Shown: in pieces, positions 7,596 through 15,073 of the stretch
Position numbering within the stretch: the stretch's first letter is position 1
Layout: each line of letters begins with the position of its first letter
Notes under the pieces: model-generated
The model's database searches: none
Seen by the model: only the letters and a program-made list of their open reading frames with translations
What the model was told of the DNA's origin: nothing
DNA from: an uncultured virus (IMG/VR IMGVR_UViG_3300033163_000174)
Taxonomy: Duplodnaviria; Heunggongvirae; Uroviricota; Caudoviricetes
Reading direction: 5' to 3' (one strand)
IMG/VR virus record: IMGVR_UViG_3300033163_000174
DNA length: 20,000 nucleotides
Translations under genes and position numbers: made by a program

Positions 7596-10500
7596 TTGGA
7601 AAGAAAAACAGTGGAAGTGCTGTGGCCTTCAGTGAAGGAAGAGACAGTTGAGAAAAAAAGTGAAAAGTTAAGGGTTGCTGCCTATTGTAGGGCGAGCGAT
7701 ATTTATGGCGATGACAAAAGGAGTTCTTTAGAAAACCAGATGGATTATTACTCAAAGTACATCCTCCAACATGAAGATTATAAACTGGTAGGCATTTACT
7801 ACGATAGTGGCGTTTCAGGCATGACTGTACAAAAAAGACCTGGATTTAAAAGACTTATTAGACATTGCCTTGAAGGCCGAATTGATGTAGTAATAACAAA
7901 GAGCATCTCAAGGTTTTCTAGAAACTCCAAAGATTTGCTTGAAACTGTAGAGTTATTAAAAGAACATAATATTACTGTAATATTCGAGAAAGAAAAAATT
8001 GACTCCATGAAAACAAGGAACAAGTTTTTTCTTACAGCGTTATCAGCTGTTTATCAGCAAGAGTCATTAGAGATATCAGCAAATAATAAATTGAGTGCTG
8101 AAAACAGGAATAAAATGGGCAGACCGATTTTCCGAAACCAGTATGGTTATCGAGTGGTTGAAATTGATGGAAGGAAGACTTTTGAGATTGTTGATGAAGA
8201 AGCAAGGGCGATTAAATATATATACAAAAGATTTCTTGAAGGTAACAGTACAACAAAAATTGCATTAGAACTCACAGAAAGTGGTATTAGAACGCCATCT
8301 GGCAATGAAATATGGCGAGGTACAAGCATTAAAAATATCCTTACGAACAACAATTATTTGGGGGACCGGTTAACCAATGAGTATGTAAGTTTGTTAATGG
8401 AAAGAAGATACATTCGCAATGAAGGGCAGGAAAATCGGTATTATATTAAGAATACTCATCCTGCTATTATTGATGAAGAAGCATTTCATAAGGTGCAAGA
8501 AATGTTAGAAAGTAAGCAAGTGACCAGTAAACCTCCTATGAAGAATTATCCACTTTCAAAGAGAATAATATGTGCTTACTGTGGATGGCCATATTACCAT
8601 AGCGAAAAAAGAAATAAACATCGTTGGAAATGCGGCTTAAAGGGTGAGCATGCTACTTTATGTGAGTCAAACTCTTTAGTGGAAACGACACTAAATGAAA
8701 TGATGAAGCGGGCCTTGGATGAAAGATATGATTTTCAGAAACCAGGTGCTCTCAAACGATTAAAACAGGATCTTGAACGCCTTAATAATAACGACCGGTT
8801 TGAACTTCATCGGATGAGCAATTTGATGAGTCTACTATCAGCAAAGGAAGAGTTGGCCATTTCAGAAGGAATAGAGAGAGACCTATTGATAGCAAAGGTG
8901 GAAAAAATAGAAAGTGAAATTCTAGCCTTTGAAGATTTAGCTTCAAAGATTGAAGAAGATAGAGTGTACAGAGAAAATGCCGTAGAAATGATTGTAAAGA
9001 GCAAGACTTTAGAAGACTTTATTAAGTCTTTAGACGCATCAATTCTACGGGCTTGGATTATGGAAATTAGTGTATTGACTAAGAATGATTTTAAAGTAAG
9101 GTGGTTAGATGATTCCTACGAAGAACTGGGTGACTATATTTCCATTAAGGAGAAAAGAAGTTTTAAGCTTAGCGAATCAAAAAAACAAAAGGCAGGAATA
9201 AGTATTTTTAGAGAAGTTGATAAAGAGCCTATCGAAGATAAAAAGACTGAGAAAAGAGATGATGAAAGGAGGAGTGAAGAAGTGGAAATCATCGAGATTC
9301 AAAATAAACCTTCCACAGAACTTATAGATAAAATAAAGAAAAAATATAAAGAGAGCGCCACAGACATTTTAAAAATAGAACCGAAAAAAACTAAGAAGAA
9401 AACTAGGGTAGGGGTATATGCAAGAGTCAGCACCAGAGAACCAGATCAATTGGGGTCCTTAGAAGCTCAGGTCGCTTATTATACTTTTGCTTTGCTAAAG
9501 GACCCAAATAATCAGTTAGTGAGGATCTATGCAGACGAAGGTGTTTCAGGCACCAATGCAAAAAAACGATCAGGATTTCAGAAAATGATTAAAGACTGCG
9601 AAAATGGGAAAATCGATAGGATAGTAACTAAATCAATATCAAGGTTTGCTAGGAATACTGTCGATGCCTTAGAGTATGTCAGAAAGTTAAAAGAGTATAA
9701 AGTTTCCATCTATTTTGAGAAAGAAGGAATCGATACGGCAAAAGAAGACGGAGAAGTGCTTTTAACTGTGTACAGTGCCTTAGCTCAAGAAGAATCAAGA
9801 AGCCTTGGGGAGAGTATTTCTTGGGGTAAAAAGGCACTGGCTAAAAGAGGCATAGTAAGACATAATGCCAGAACTTATGGCTACGATTTCAATAAAGACC
9901 GGAGTTGGTACATTGTTGAAGAAGAGGCGAAAGTAGTTAGATCGATCTTTGAGCGGTATATAAATGGAATAAGGACACCTCAGATTAGCAGGGATTTAAC
10001 GATAGAAGGAATACCGACTATGAAGGAGGGATCTTCGTGGGATGCAAAGAGGATAAGTACTATACTCAATAACATAAGTTATACAGGAGACCTTCTCTAT
10101 CAGAAAAACTATACAAAGGATACTTTTACAAGCAGATCAAAACAGAACTTTGGTGAGGTCCCCCAGCTATTGATTGAAGATCACCACCCTGCGATTGTTG
10201 ATAAAGCAATTTGGTATAAAGCGCAAAGTATCATGGAGAAAAGAAGAAATCCTAAAACGAATAGCAAAAGAAGTCATGATAAGGAAGAATTCTTTTCAAG
10301 GTTTATTTGCTCGAATTGTGGAAATTTTTATGCCCATGTGCTTTTGGTAACAAAACATAAGTGGAGATGCAAAGCTTCTTTAAAGAAAGAACCATTAGCT
10401 TGTTGCGATGCTGGATATATTGAAGAACCGGAGATTATAAAACAATTTATGAAAATGCTAATTGAATGTAAAAAAGACAGTAGTTTTAAATCTCTTATCG

Positions 10501-10895
10501 AAGAAAAAATTGAAGAAAAAAGTTTAACAAGAAATGAAAAACAGCTATTGTCTTATTTGGAGGAAGAGATTCAAAAGAGATATCAAGAGCTATACAAAGT
10601 AGTGGAGGCTGGAGGAAAATCAGGGGAAGATACTGTAGAAATTAAAAAGCATACAGACGGAATAATGGCAGTACAAGATAAAATTAATGAGATTATAGAT
10701 AAAGAGGATGAGTATAAATTCCTTGTAGAGGAGAAGGAATGGCTCATGAAAGAGCTAGATAACCTTCCTGATAAGAAGAAATTGGATTATAGAAATGACA
10801 TCTTCAAAAGAATAATAAAAGACGGTGTCATTTCATCTGATAACATTATTACTTTTAATCTAATATTTGGCATATCCAAAACTGCCAGCAAATAG
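7596..10895 (+). CDS. Tandem double large serine recombinase (type A-type B fusion), 1099 aa
   Basis: RBS AAAGGAG + TTG. Two complete LSR modules. N-half: YCRASD, DSGVSG...RPGF, KSISRFSRN, THPAII, CAYCG...WKC. C-half: YARVST, DEGVSGT...RSGF, KSISRFARN, AQEESRS, HHPAIV, CSNCG...WRC. Joined by a Lys/Glu-rich linker. Confidence 0.93.
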   Translation: MERKTVEVLWPSVKEETVEKKSEKLRVAAYCRASDIYGDDKRSSLENQMDYYSKYILQHEDYKLVGIYYDSGVSGMTVQKRPGFKRLIRHCLEGRIDVVITKSISRFSRNSKDLLETVELLKEHNITVIFEKEKIDSMKTRNKFFLTALSAVYQQESLEISANNKLSAENRNKMGRPIFRNQYGYRVVEIDGRKTFEIVDEEARAIKYIYKRFLEGNSTTKIALELTESGIRTPSGNEIWRGTSIKNILTNNNYLGDRLTNEYVSLLMERRYIRNEGQENRYYIKNTHPAIIDEEAFHKVQEMLESKQVTSKPPMKNYPLSKRIICAYCGWPYYHSEKRNKHRWKCGLKGEHATLCESNSLVETTLNEMMKRALDERYDFQKPGALKRLKQDLERLNNNDRFELHRMSNLMSLLSAKEELAISEGIERDLLIAKVEKIESEILAFEDLASKIEEDRVYRENAVEMIVKSKTLEDFIKSLDASILRAWIMEISVLTKNDFKVRWLDDSYEELGDYISIKEKRSFKLSESKKQKAGISIFREVDKEPIEDKKTEKRDDERRSEEVEIIEIQNKPSTELIDKIKKKYKESATDILKIEPKKTKKKTRVGVYARVSTREPDQLGSLEAQVAYYTFALLKDPNNQLVRIYADEGVSGTNAKKRSGFQKMIKDCENGKIDRIVTKSISRFARNTVDALEYVRKLKEYKVSIYFEKEGIDTAKEDGEVLLTVYSALAQEESRSLGESISWGKKALAKRGIVRHNARTYGYDFNKDRSWYIVEEEAKVVRSIFERYINGIRTPQISRDLTIEGIPTMKEGSSWDAKRISTILNNISYTGDLLYQKNYTKDTFTSRSKQNFGEVPQLLIEDHHPAIVDKAIWYKAQSIMEKRRNPKTNSKRSHDKEEFFSRFICSNCGNFYAHVLLVTKHKWRCKASLKKEPLACCDAGYIEEPEIIKQFMKMLIECKKDSSFKSLIEEKIEEKSLTRNEKQLLSYLEEEIQKRYQELYKVVEAGGKSGEDTVEIKKHTDGIMAVQDKINEIIDKEDEYKFLVEEKEWLMKELDNLPDKKKLDYRNDIFKRIIKDGVISSDNIITFNLIFGISKTASK
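9282..10895 (+). CDS. Putative internally initiated, in-frame type B recombinase isoform (537 aa) of the fused gene
   Basis: AAAGGAGG at 9265-9272, then GTG at 9282 in frame with 7596 (offset 1686 nt), at the start of the second module (VEIIEIQ...). Mirrors the RBS/start at the 5767 junction. Independent translation is inferred. Confidence 0.55.
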   Translation: MEIIEIQNKPSTELIDKIKKKYKESATDILKIEPKKTKKKTRVGVYARVSTREPDQLGSLEAQVAYYTFALLKDPNNQLVRIYADEGVSGTNAKKRSGFQKMIKDCENGKIDRIVTKSISRFARNTVDALEYVRKLKEYKVSIYFEKEGIDTAKEDGEVLLTVYSALAQEESRSLGESISWGKKALAKRGIVRHNARTYGYDFNKDRSWYIVEEEAKVVRSIFERYINGIRTPQISRDLTIEGIPTMKEGSSWDAKRISTILNNISYTGDLLYQKNYTKDTFTSRSKQNFGEVPQLLIEDHHPAIVDKAIWYKAQSIMEKRRNPKTNSKRSHDKEEFFSRFICSNCGNFYAHVLLVTKHKWRCKASLKKEPLACCDAGYIEEPEIIKQFMKMLIECKKDSSFKSLIEEKIEEKSLTRNEKQLLSYLEEEIQKRYQELYKVVEAGGKSGEDTVEIKKHTDGIMAVQDKINEIIDKEDEYKFLVEEKEWLMKELDNLPDKKKLDYRNDIFKRIIKDGVISSDNIITFNLIFGISKTASK

Positions 10896-10905
10896 TCAAA
10901 ACTAA

Positions 10906-10959
10906 AACCCACTGAGTCGCCTGATAGAAGTCATCAAGCTACTTGGTGGGTTATTTTTT
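10906..10959 (+). terminator. Long imperfect hairpin / terminator after the recombinase cluster
   Basis: AACCCACTGAGT-CGCCTGAT / ATCAAGCT-ACTTGGTGGGTT around loop AGAAGTC, followed by ATTTTTT. Confidence 0.7.
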
Positions 10960-11017
10960 ATTTCAAACAAACGGAGCGAAAACGGAAATGGTTCCGAATG
11001 TTGGATGGTTAATCACT

Positions 11018-11169
11018 TTTTAATAATGGAACGATTTTCTTTACAAATAGAGAATAACGTGCTAAAATTAAAAAAAGATGAATATTGGCGTTAGAAACGG
11101 GCATAATGTTTTAATAATGGAACGTTATTCTTTGAATATGGAGAAAAACATTCCAAAAGTAAAAAAAGA
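11018..11169 (+). repeat. Two 61-bp direct repeats (11018-11078, 11109-11169), each an imperfect palindrome; probable AbiEi operators
   Basis: TTTTAATAATGGAACGATTTTCTTTACAAATAGAGAATAACGTGCTAAAATTAAAAAAAGA vs TTTTAATAATGGAACGTTATTCTTTGAATATGGAGAAAAACATTCCAAAAGTAAAAAAAGA; 50/61 identical by manual alignment. Half-site consensus GGAACGTTATTCT / AGAATAACGTTCC. Confidence 0.85.
11040..11068 (+). promoter_or_regulatory. Sigma-A promoter of the abiE operon
   Basis: -35 TTTACA (11040-11045), 17-nt spacer, extended -10 TG-c-TAAAAT (11063-11068), embedded in the first palindromic repeat. Confidence 0.75.
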
Positions 11170-11179
11170 GGTGAGGAAC

Positions 11180-11944
11180 GTGAATGTCTATACTGAACTA
11201 GCGAAATATCCTGTTTTCTCCATAGAAGATGTTAAGAAGCTTACTGGAAATGAGAAAACAGCTTATTCTCAGATGGACCGTCTAATGAAAAAGGGGCTTG
11301 TCAAAAAGATACGAAAAAATATCTACTCTGTAGTCAATCCAACAACAGGACAGGTAGTAGCTACTCGATATCAAATAGCCTGTGCCATAACTGACACTGC
11401 CTATATCTCTCACCACAGTGCCTTTGAATATTATGGCCTAGCGAATCAAGTGTATTATGAGGTCTATGTTTCATCAGAAAATAAGTTTAATCATTTTGAA
11501 TATGATAATGTAACCTACAAATATGTCGCTTCTAGAATGCAAGATGGAGTAGTGGAAGCTAAAAATACCACCGGTGTTAGAATGACAGATTTAGAGAGAA
11601 CTGTGGTGGACAGCATAAGAGATTTCAATAAAATAGGCGGCTTTGAAGAGCTGCTCAATTGCCTAGAAGGAATCCATTACCTAGATGAAAAAAAGCTAAA
11701 ACACTATCTTTCTATATATGATACCCAGGGGCTTTATCAAAGAGTAGGATATCTTTTGGACCATTACAGAAAAGAGATGCAGCTTTCAACAGAGTTTATA
11801 GATTATTGTAAAAGCAAGATAGGAAAGAGTAGAAGGTACCTGGTTAGTGATTTAAAAGAAGAAAGCTATTATAACAACGAGTGGGAACTGATGGTACCGG
11901 AAGGGCTATTTGAAATAAATCAAGGAGGCGATATACTTGTCTAA
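11180..11944 (+). CDS. abiEi: Type IV toxin-antitoxin antitoxin / transcriptional regulator, AbiEi family
   Basis: N-terminal wHTH-like L-x-KKG-x-V-x-KIRKNIY, AYISHHSAFEYYGL-x-x-Q, TDLERTVVD, QRVGYLL. Start moved to GTG 11180 (RBS GAGGTGAGG) because the track start at 11078 lies within the operator repeats. Overlaps the toxin start. Confidence 0.88.
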   Translation: MNVYTELAKYPVFSIEDVKKLTGNEKTAYSQMDRLMKKGLVKKIRKNIYSVVNPTTGQVVATRYQIACAITDTAYISHHSAFEYYGLANQVYYEVYVSSENKFNHFEYDNVTYKYVASRMQDGVVEAKNTTGVRMTDLERTVVDSIRDFNKIGGFEELLNCLEGIHYLDEKKLKHYLSIYDTQGLYQRVGYLLDHYRKEMQLSTEFIDYCKSKIGKSRRYLVSDLKEESYYNNEWELMVPEGLFEINQGGDILV

Positions 11945-12878
11945 TTACGATATTATATATTTAGGGAAAAAAGCAGAGGAGCTTGGCTTTGTCAGGGATA
12001 CATTAGAAAAGGTGACAAGACTTGCAGATATTTTGGAGTATCTTAATACAAATCCAATCTTAAAGGATAGTCTCGCATTAAAGGGTGGGACTGCCATAAA
12101 TCTTACCATTTTTAATTTACCCCGTCTCTCGGTAGATATAGATTTGGATTATTTAATTACCAACAGCAGAGAAGAAATGCTTGAGAGCAGAGAAGTCATT
12201 AACACTACCATTGATCGCTATATGGTCTCCCAGGGATATTCAAAAAATCCTAAGACGAAGAATCCCCATAGCCTTGATTCTTGGGTTTATGATTACCTGG
12301 GAGCCAGTGGGAATAGAGATAACATTAAAATTGAAATCAACTACTCTCTGAGATCTCATGTACTTGAAGCCGAGGAAAGACCAATCATCACTGAGCATTT
12401 CTCAAGTGAATACAAGGTGAAGTCCTTAGCTCCAATTGAGATATATGGAAGTAAGATAAATGCACTATTAAGTAGAGCTGCAGCTAGAGATTTATATGAT
12501 GCTAGAAATATGATCCACTTTGGGCTGTTTGACGAATCGGAAGAAGAATTGCTGAGAAAGTGCGTTGTATTCTATGCTGCAGTATCTGCTAAAGACATTA
12601 ATAAGACCTTTGACACCAAGGCTATAGATTCCATCACCCAAAGAAAAATTAAAACGGATCTCCTTCCAGTAATTAAAAGAAAAGATGATTTTGAGCTGGA
12701 ATCAGCTAAGAAGCTTGTCAAAGAGTACATTTCTGATTTGATGGTTCTTACAAAGGAAGAGAAGGAATTCCTGGATAGATTTGAAAATGGAGAATACGCT
12801 CCTGAACTCTTATTTGATGATAAAGAGATTCTGGACCGTATAAAGAATCATCCGATGGCCATATGGAAAACTAGATAA
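11937..12878 (+). CDS. abiEii: Nucleotidyltransferase toxin, AbiEii/AbiGii family
   Basis: RBS AAGGAGG + TTG. LALKGGTAINL...PRLSVDIDLD (pol-beta NTase motif), IKIEIN, K-x-x-ALL-x-R-x-x-x-RDLYD. Confidence 0.92.
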   Translation: MSNYDIIYLGKKAEELGFVRDTLEKVTRLADILEYLNTNPILKDSLALKGGTAINLTIFNLPRLSVDIDLDYLITNSREEMLESREVINTTIDRYMVSQGYSKNPKTKNPHSLDSWVYDYLGASGNRDNIKIEINYSLRSHVLEAEERPIITEHFSSEYKVKSLAPIEIYGSKINALLSRAAARDLYDARNMIHFGLFDESEEELLRKCVVFYAAVSAKDINKTFDTKAIDSITQRKIKTDLLPVIKRKDDFELESAKKLVKEYISDLMVLTKEEKEFLDRFENGEYAPELLFDDKEILDRIKNHPMAIWKTR

Positions 12879-12884
12879 ATCATG

Positions 12885-12956
12885 TAACCCGCCTAGATAG
12901 AATCTAGCTTCGGAAAAATGCCGAGCTTAGAGAGCATCTGAGCGGGTTATTTATTT
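12885..12956 (+). terminator. Long imperfect hairpin / terminator after abiEii
   Basis: Outer stem TAACCCGC / GCGGGTTA, inner stem AGCTTCGG / CCGAGCT, followed by TTTATTT. Confidence 0.65.
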
Positions 12957-12959
12957 GCT

Positions 12960-13043
12960 TATATAATAGAAGGAACTTGAAACTTAAGTACATATATAAT
13001 AGAAGAAACTCCAAATTCAAATCACTATATAATAGAAGGAACT
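12960..13043 (+). repeat. Three 18-bp direct repeats TATATAATAGAAG(G/A)AACT at exact 33-bp period
   Basis: Copies at 12960-12977, 12993-13010 and 13026-13043, separated by 15-bp spacers TGAAACTTAAGTACA and CCAAATTCAAATCAC. Confidence 0.9.
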
Positions 13044-13132
13044 CGTTTATACATGCTGATGTATAAGCATTTTAGAAGAACAAAACTAAAATAAGAAACG
13101 CTCAATAAAGAGTATATATGAATCAAGATTAC

Positions 13133-13164
13133 AGCTCATCGCATTGTGGTGGGCTTATTTTTTT
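13133..13164 (+). terminator. Orphan intrinsic-terminator-like hairpin
   Basis: AGCTCATCGC-ATT-GTGGTGGGCT (several G-U pairs) followed by TATTTTTTT. No ORF lies directly upstream. Confidence 0.5.
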
Positions 13165-13521
13165 GTGCTTTTTTTGAGGAATTTCAAGATAGAGGCCTTT
13201 ATTCGGGAGCATATAGCATAGTCAGAGCAGCAAAATCGGAATAAAAATGTACTAATTGGCTCTGGGTTATCCTTCTCGTATCATGGCGACGTGAGTATGG
13301 TGAAAGGATAAAGAGGCTGTAAGGTAGTAATAGCAAGGGTTTCAGCATAACTACCAAATGTACTAATGTTACAGAACCATTGCACGTAGTCTCATTCAAT
13401 CAAAGCATACATTTATGCAAGATATAGTGTCGAATCAAGCGCGAAACACTACATATAGATTAAGAAAATCAAGGTGTTCTACACACCACAAACATACATA
13501 ACCGAAGCAGGAGGAACTAAC

Positions 13522-14145
13522 ATGGTTTACTTAAAAGTTAAAAGATTAATAGATATCATACTTTCTACACTTGGACTTATCATATTATCTCCTGTTTTTT
13601 TAGTACTCATTATAGCGATCAAGCTTGACTCCCCTGGACCTGTTCTCTTTAAACAGAAGAGAGTTGGGATCCATAAGAGTCATTTTCATATATTGAAGTT
13701 TAGAACGATGAGAATTGATACGCCAAAGGACACGCCAACTCATCTGTTAGAGAATCCGGATCAGTGGATCACTAAGGTAGGTAAGTTCCTCCGTAAGACT
13801 TCTCTTGATGAACTACCTCAAATCATCAATATTTTCAAGGGTGAGATGAGTATCATTGGTCCTCGTCCAGCACTCTGGAATCAGTATGATTTGATTGAAG
13901 AAAGAGACAAGTACGGGGCAAATTATGTGCCGGTCGGACTTACAGGATGGGCACAGATTAATGGTAGAGACGAGCTTGAGATTGAGGTAAAGGCAAGACT
14001 TGATGGAGAGTACGCTGAGAAGATTGGGTTCATGATGGATATCAGGTGCTTCTTTGGTACGGTGATAAGCGTACTGAGGACTGAAGGTGTTGTTGAAGGT
14101 GGGACTGGGACGAAAAAAGCTGATAAAGAGACAGTGAAACATTAG
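13522..14145 (+). CDS. Initiating undecaprenyl-phosphate glycosylphosphotransferase (Bac_transf, small PglC-like)
   Basis: KRLIDI + single TM helix, DSPGPVLFKQKRVG, F-x-I-x-KFRTM, ITKVGKFLRKTSLDELPQ, GEMS-x-IGPRP, GLTGWAQINGR. Start at ATG 13522 behind AGGAGG. Confidence 0.93.
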   Translation: MVYLKVKRLIDIILSTLGLIILSPVFLVLIIAIKLDSPGPVLFKQKRVGIHKSHFHILKFRTMRIDTPKDTPTHLLENPDQWITKVGKFLRKTSLDELPQIINIFKGEMSIIGPRPALWNQYDLIEERDKYGANYVPVGLTGWAQINGRDELEIEVKARLDGEYAEKIGFMMDIRCFFGTVISVLRTEGVVEGGTGTKKADKETVKH

Positions 14146-14155
14146 GGGTGAGTAG

Positions 14156-15046
14156 ATGTTATTAGTGACAGGGATTACAGGACATACAGGAAGATATTTT
14201 CTTCAAGAACTTATTGATCATAAATACGAAGGACCAATCCGCTGCATCGTTAGGGAGACATCTGACACTTCAATGTTGGATAACAGCGGATTAAATATTG
14301 AAAAGGTTTATGGAGATCTCAATGACAAAGAGTTCATAAGAAAAGTTATGAATGGTGTAGATAATATTATGCACATTTATAATATACATCATTCTCCGAT
14401 GATTGTTGAAACGGCAATTGAGAACAATGTGAAACGAGCAATTTTAGTTCATACAACAGGAATTTATTCAAACTTCAAATATGCATCTCAAGGTTATAAA
14501 GATGTTGAAAAGAAAGTTTTTGAAATGACTTCAGATCCAAACTGCTCTACAAAAGTCACGATTGTTAGACCGACTATGATCTACGGTGATCTGTGTGATA
14601 GCAACATGAGTAAGTTCATTAAGATGATAGATAGATTAAGAATTATGCCGGTTATCAACGGTGGGAGAAACTTAATACAACCAGTAAATGCAAGGGATTT
14701 AGGAAAAGCATTCTATACAGTTCTCATATCTTCTGAAAAGACAGCTGGAAAAGCATATGACTTATCAGGCGAAAAGCCTCTACAGATGATAGAAGTTTTT
14801 AAGATGATAAGAGATAACCTCAACAAAAAAACAATCTTTGTTAGTGTGCCTTTAGGATTAGGGGTAGTACTTGCCCAAATTGCCAAGGTGCTGACTCTTG
14901 GAAAAATAGATTATGTAGAAAGAGTTCAACGTATGGGTGAAGACAGAAGTTATCCTCATGCTGAAGCCAAGAAAGATTTCAACTATAGTCCGATGAGTTT
15001 TGAAGAGGGCATTCAAATTGAAGTGAATCAGTATTTGAAGAAGTAA
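14156..15046 (+). CDS. NAD-dependent epimerase/dehydratase family (atypical SDR)
   Basis: N-terminal LVTGITGHTG Rossmann motif, GDL-x-D, TIVRPTMIYG, QPV-x-A-x-DL. Confidence 0.85.
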   Translation: MLLVTGITGHTGRYFLQELIDHKYEGPIRCIVRETSDTSMLDNSGLNIEKVYGDLNDKEFIRKVMNGVDNIMHIYNIHHSPMIVETAIENNVKRAILVHTTGIYSNFKYASQGYKDVEKKVFEMTSDPNCSTKVTIVRPTMIYGDLCDSNMSKFIKMIDRLRIMPVINGGRNLIQPVNARDLGKAFYTVLISSEKTAGKAYDLSGEKPLQMIEVFKMIRDNLNKKTIFVSVPLGLGVVLAQIAKVLTLGKIDYVERVQRMGEDRSYPHAEAKKDFNYSPMSFEEGIQIEVNQYLKK

Positions 15047-15073
15047 CTAAGTGATGAAAGTAGGATTGACAAT

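Larger units (their letters stand above)
1..13470 (+). mobile_element. Right part of a prophage (tail-lysis-recombinases-AbiE cargo); right boundary approximate
   Basis: Gene order tail, holin, endolysin, LSR cluster, defence cargo, then an abrupt switch to polysaccharide genes. attR could not be pinpointed because attL is outside the window. Confidence 0.75.

Noticed and set aside
7677..7700. Catalytically dead N-terminal module in the fused recombinase (YCRAS instead of YxRVS)
   Set aside because: The Arg and nucleophile Ser are retained, as are the SG...R and SRF-x-RN motifs, so inactivity cannot be claimed from sequence.
11078..11179. 34-aa N-terminal extension of AbiEi from ATG 11078
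   Set aside because: It runs through the second operator repeat, starts essentially at the predicted TSS and lacks an RBS. GTG 11180 has a good RBS.
12960..13043. CRISPR array or type III TA (ToxI-like) antitoxin repeats
   Set aside because: 18-bp repeats with 15-bp spacers are too short for CRISPR and no cas genes are present. ToxI-type repeats are near-identical across the whole unit and precede a toxin gene, which is absent here.
13199..13399. 66-aa minus-strand ORF as a recombination directionality factor
   Set aside because: No clear RBS or recognisable motif, and it overlaps a repeat-rich region better explained as cis-acting DNA. It cannot be fully excluded.
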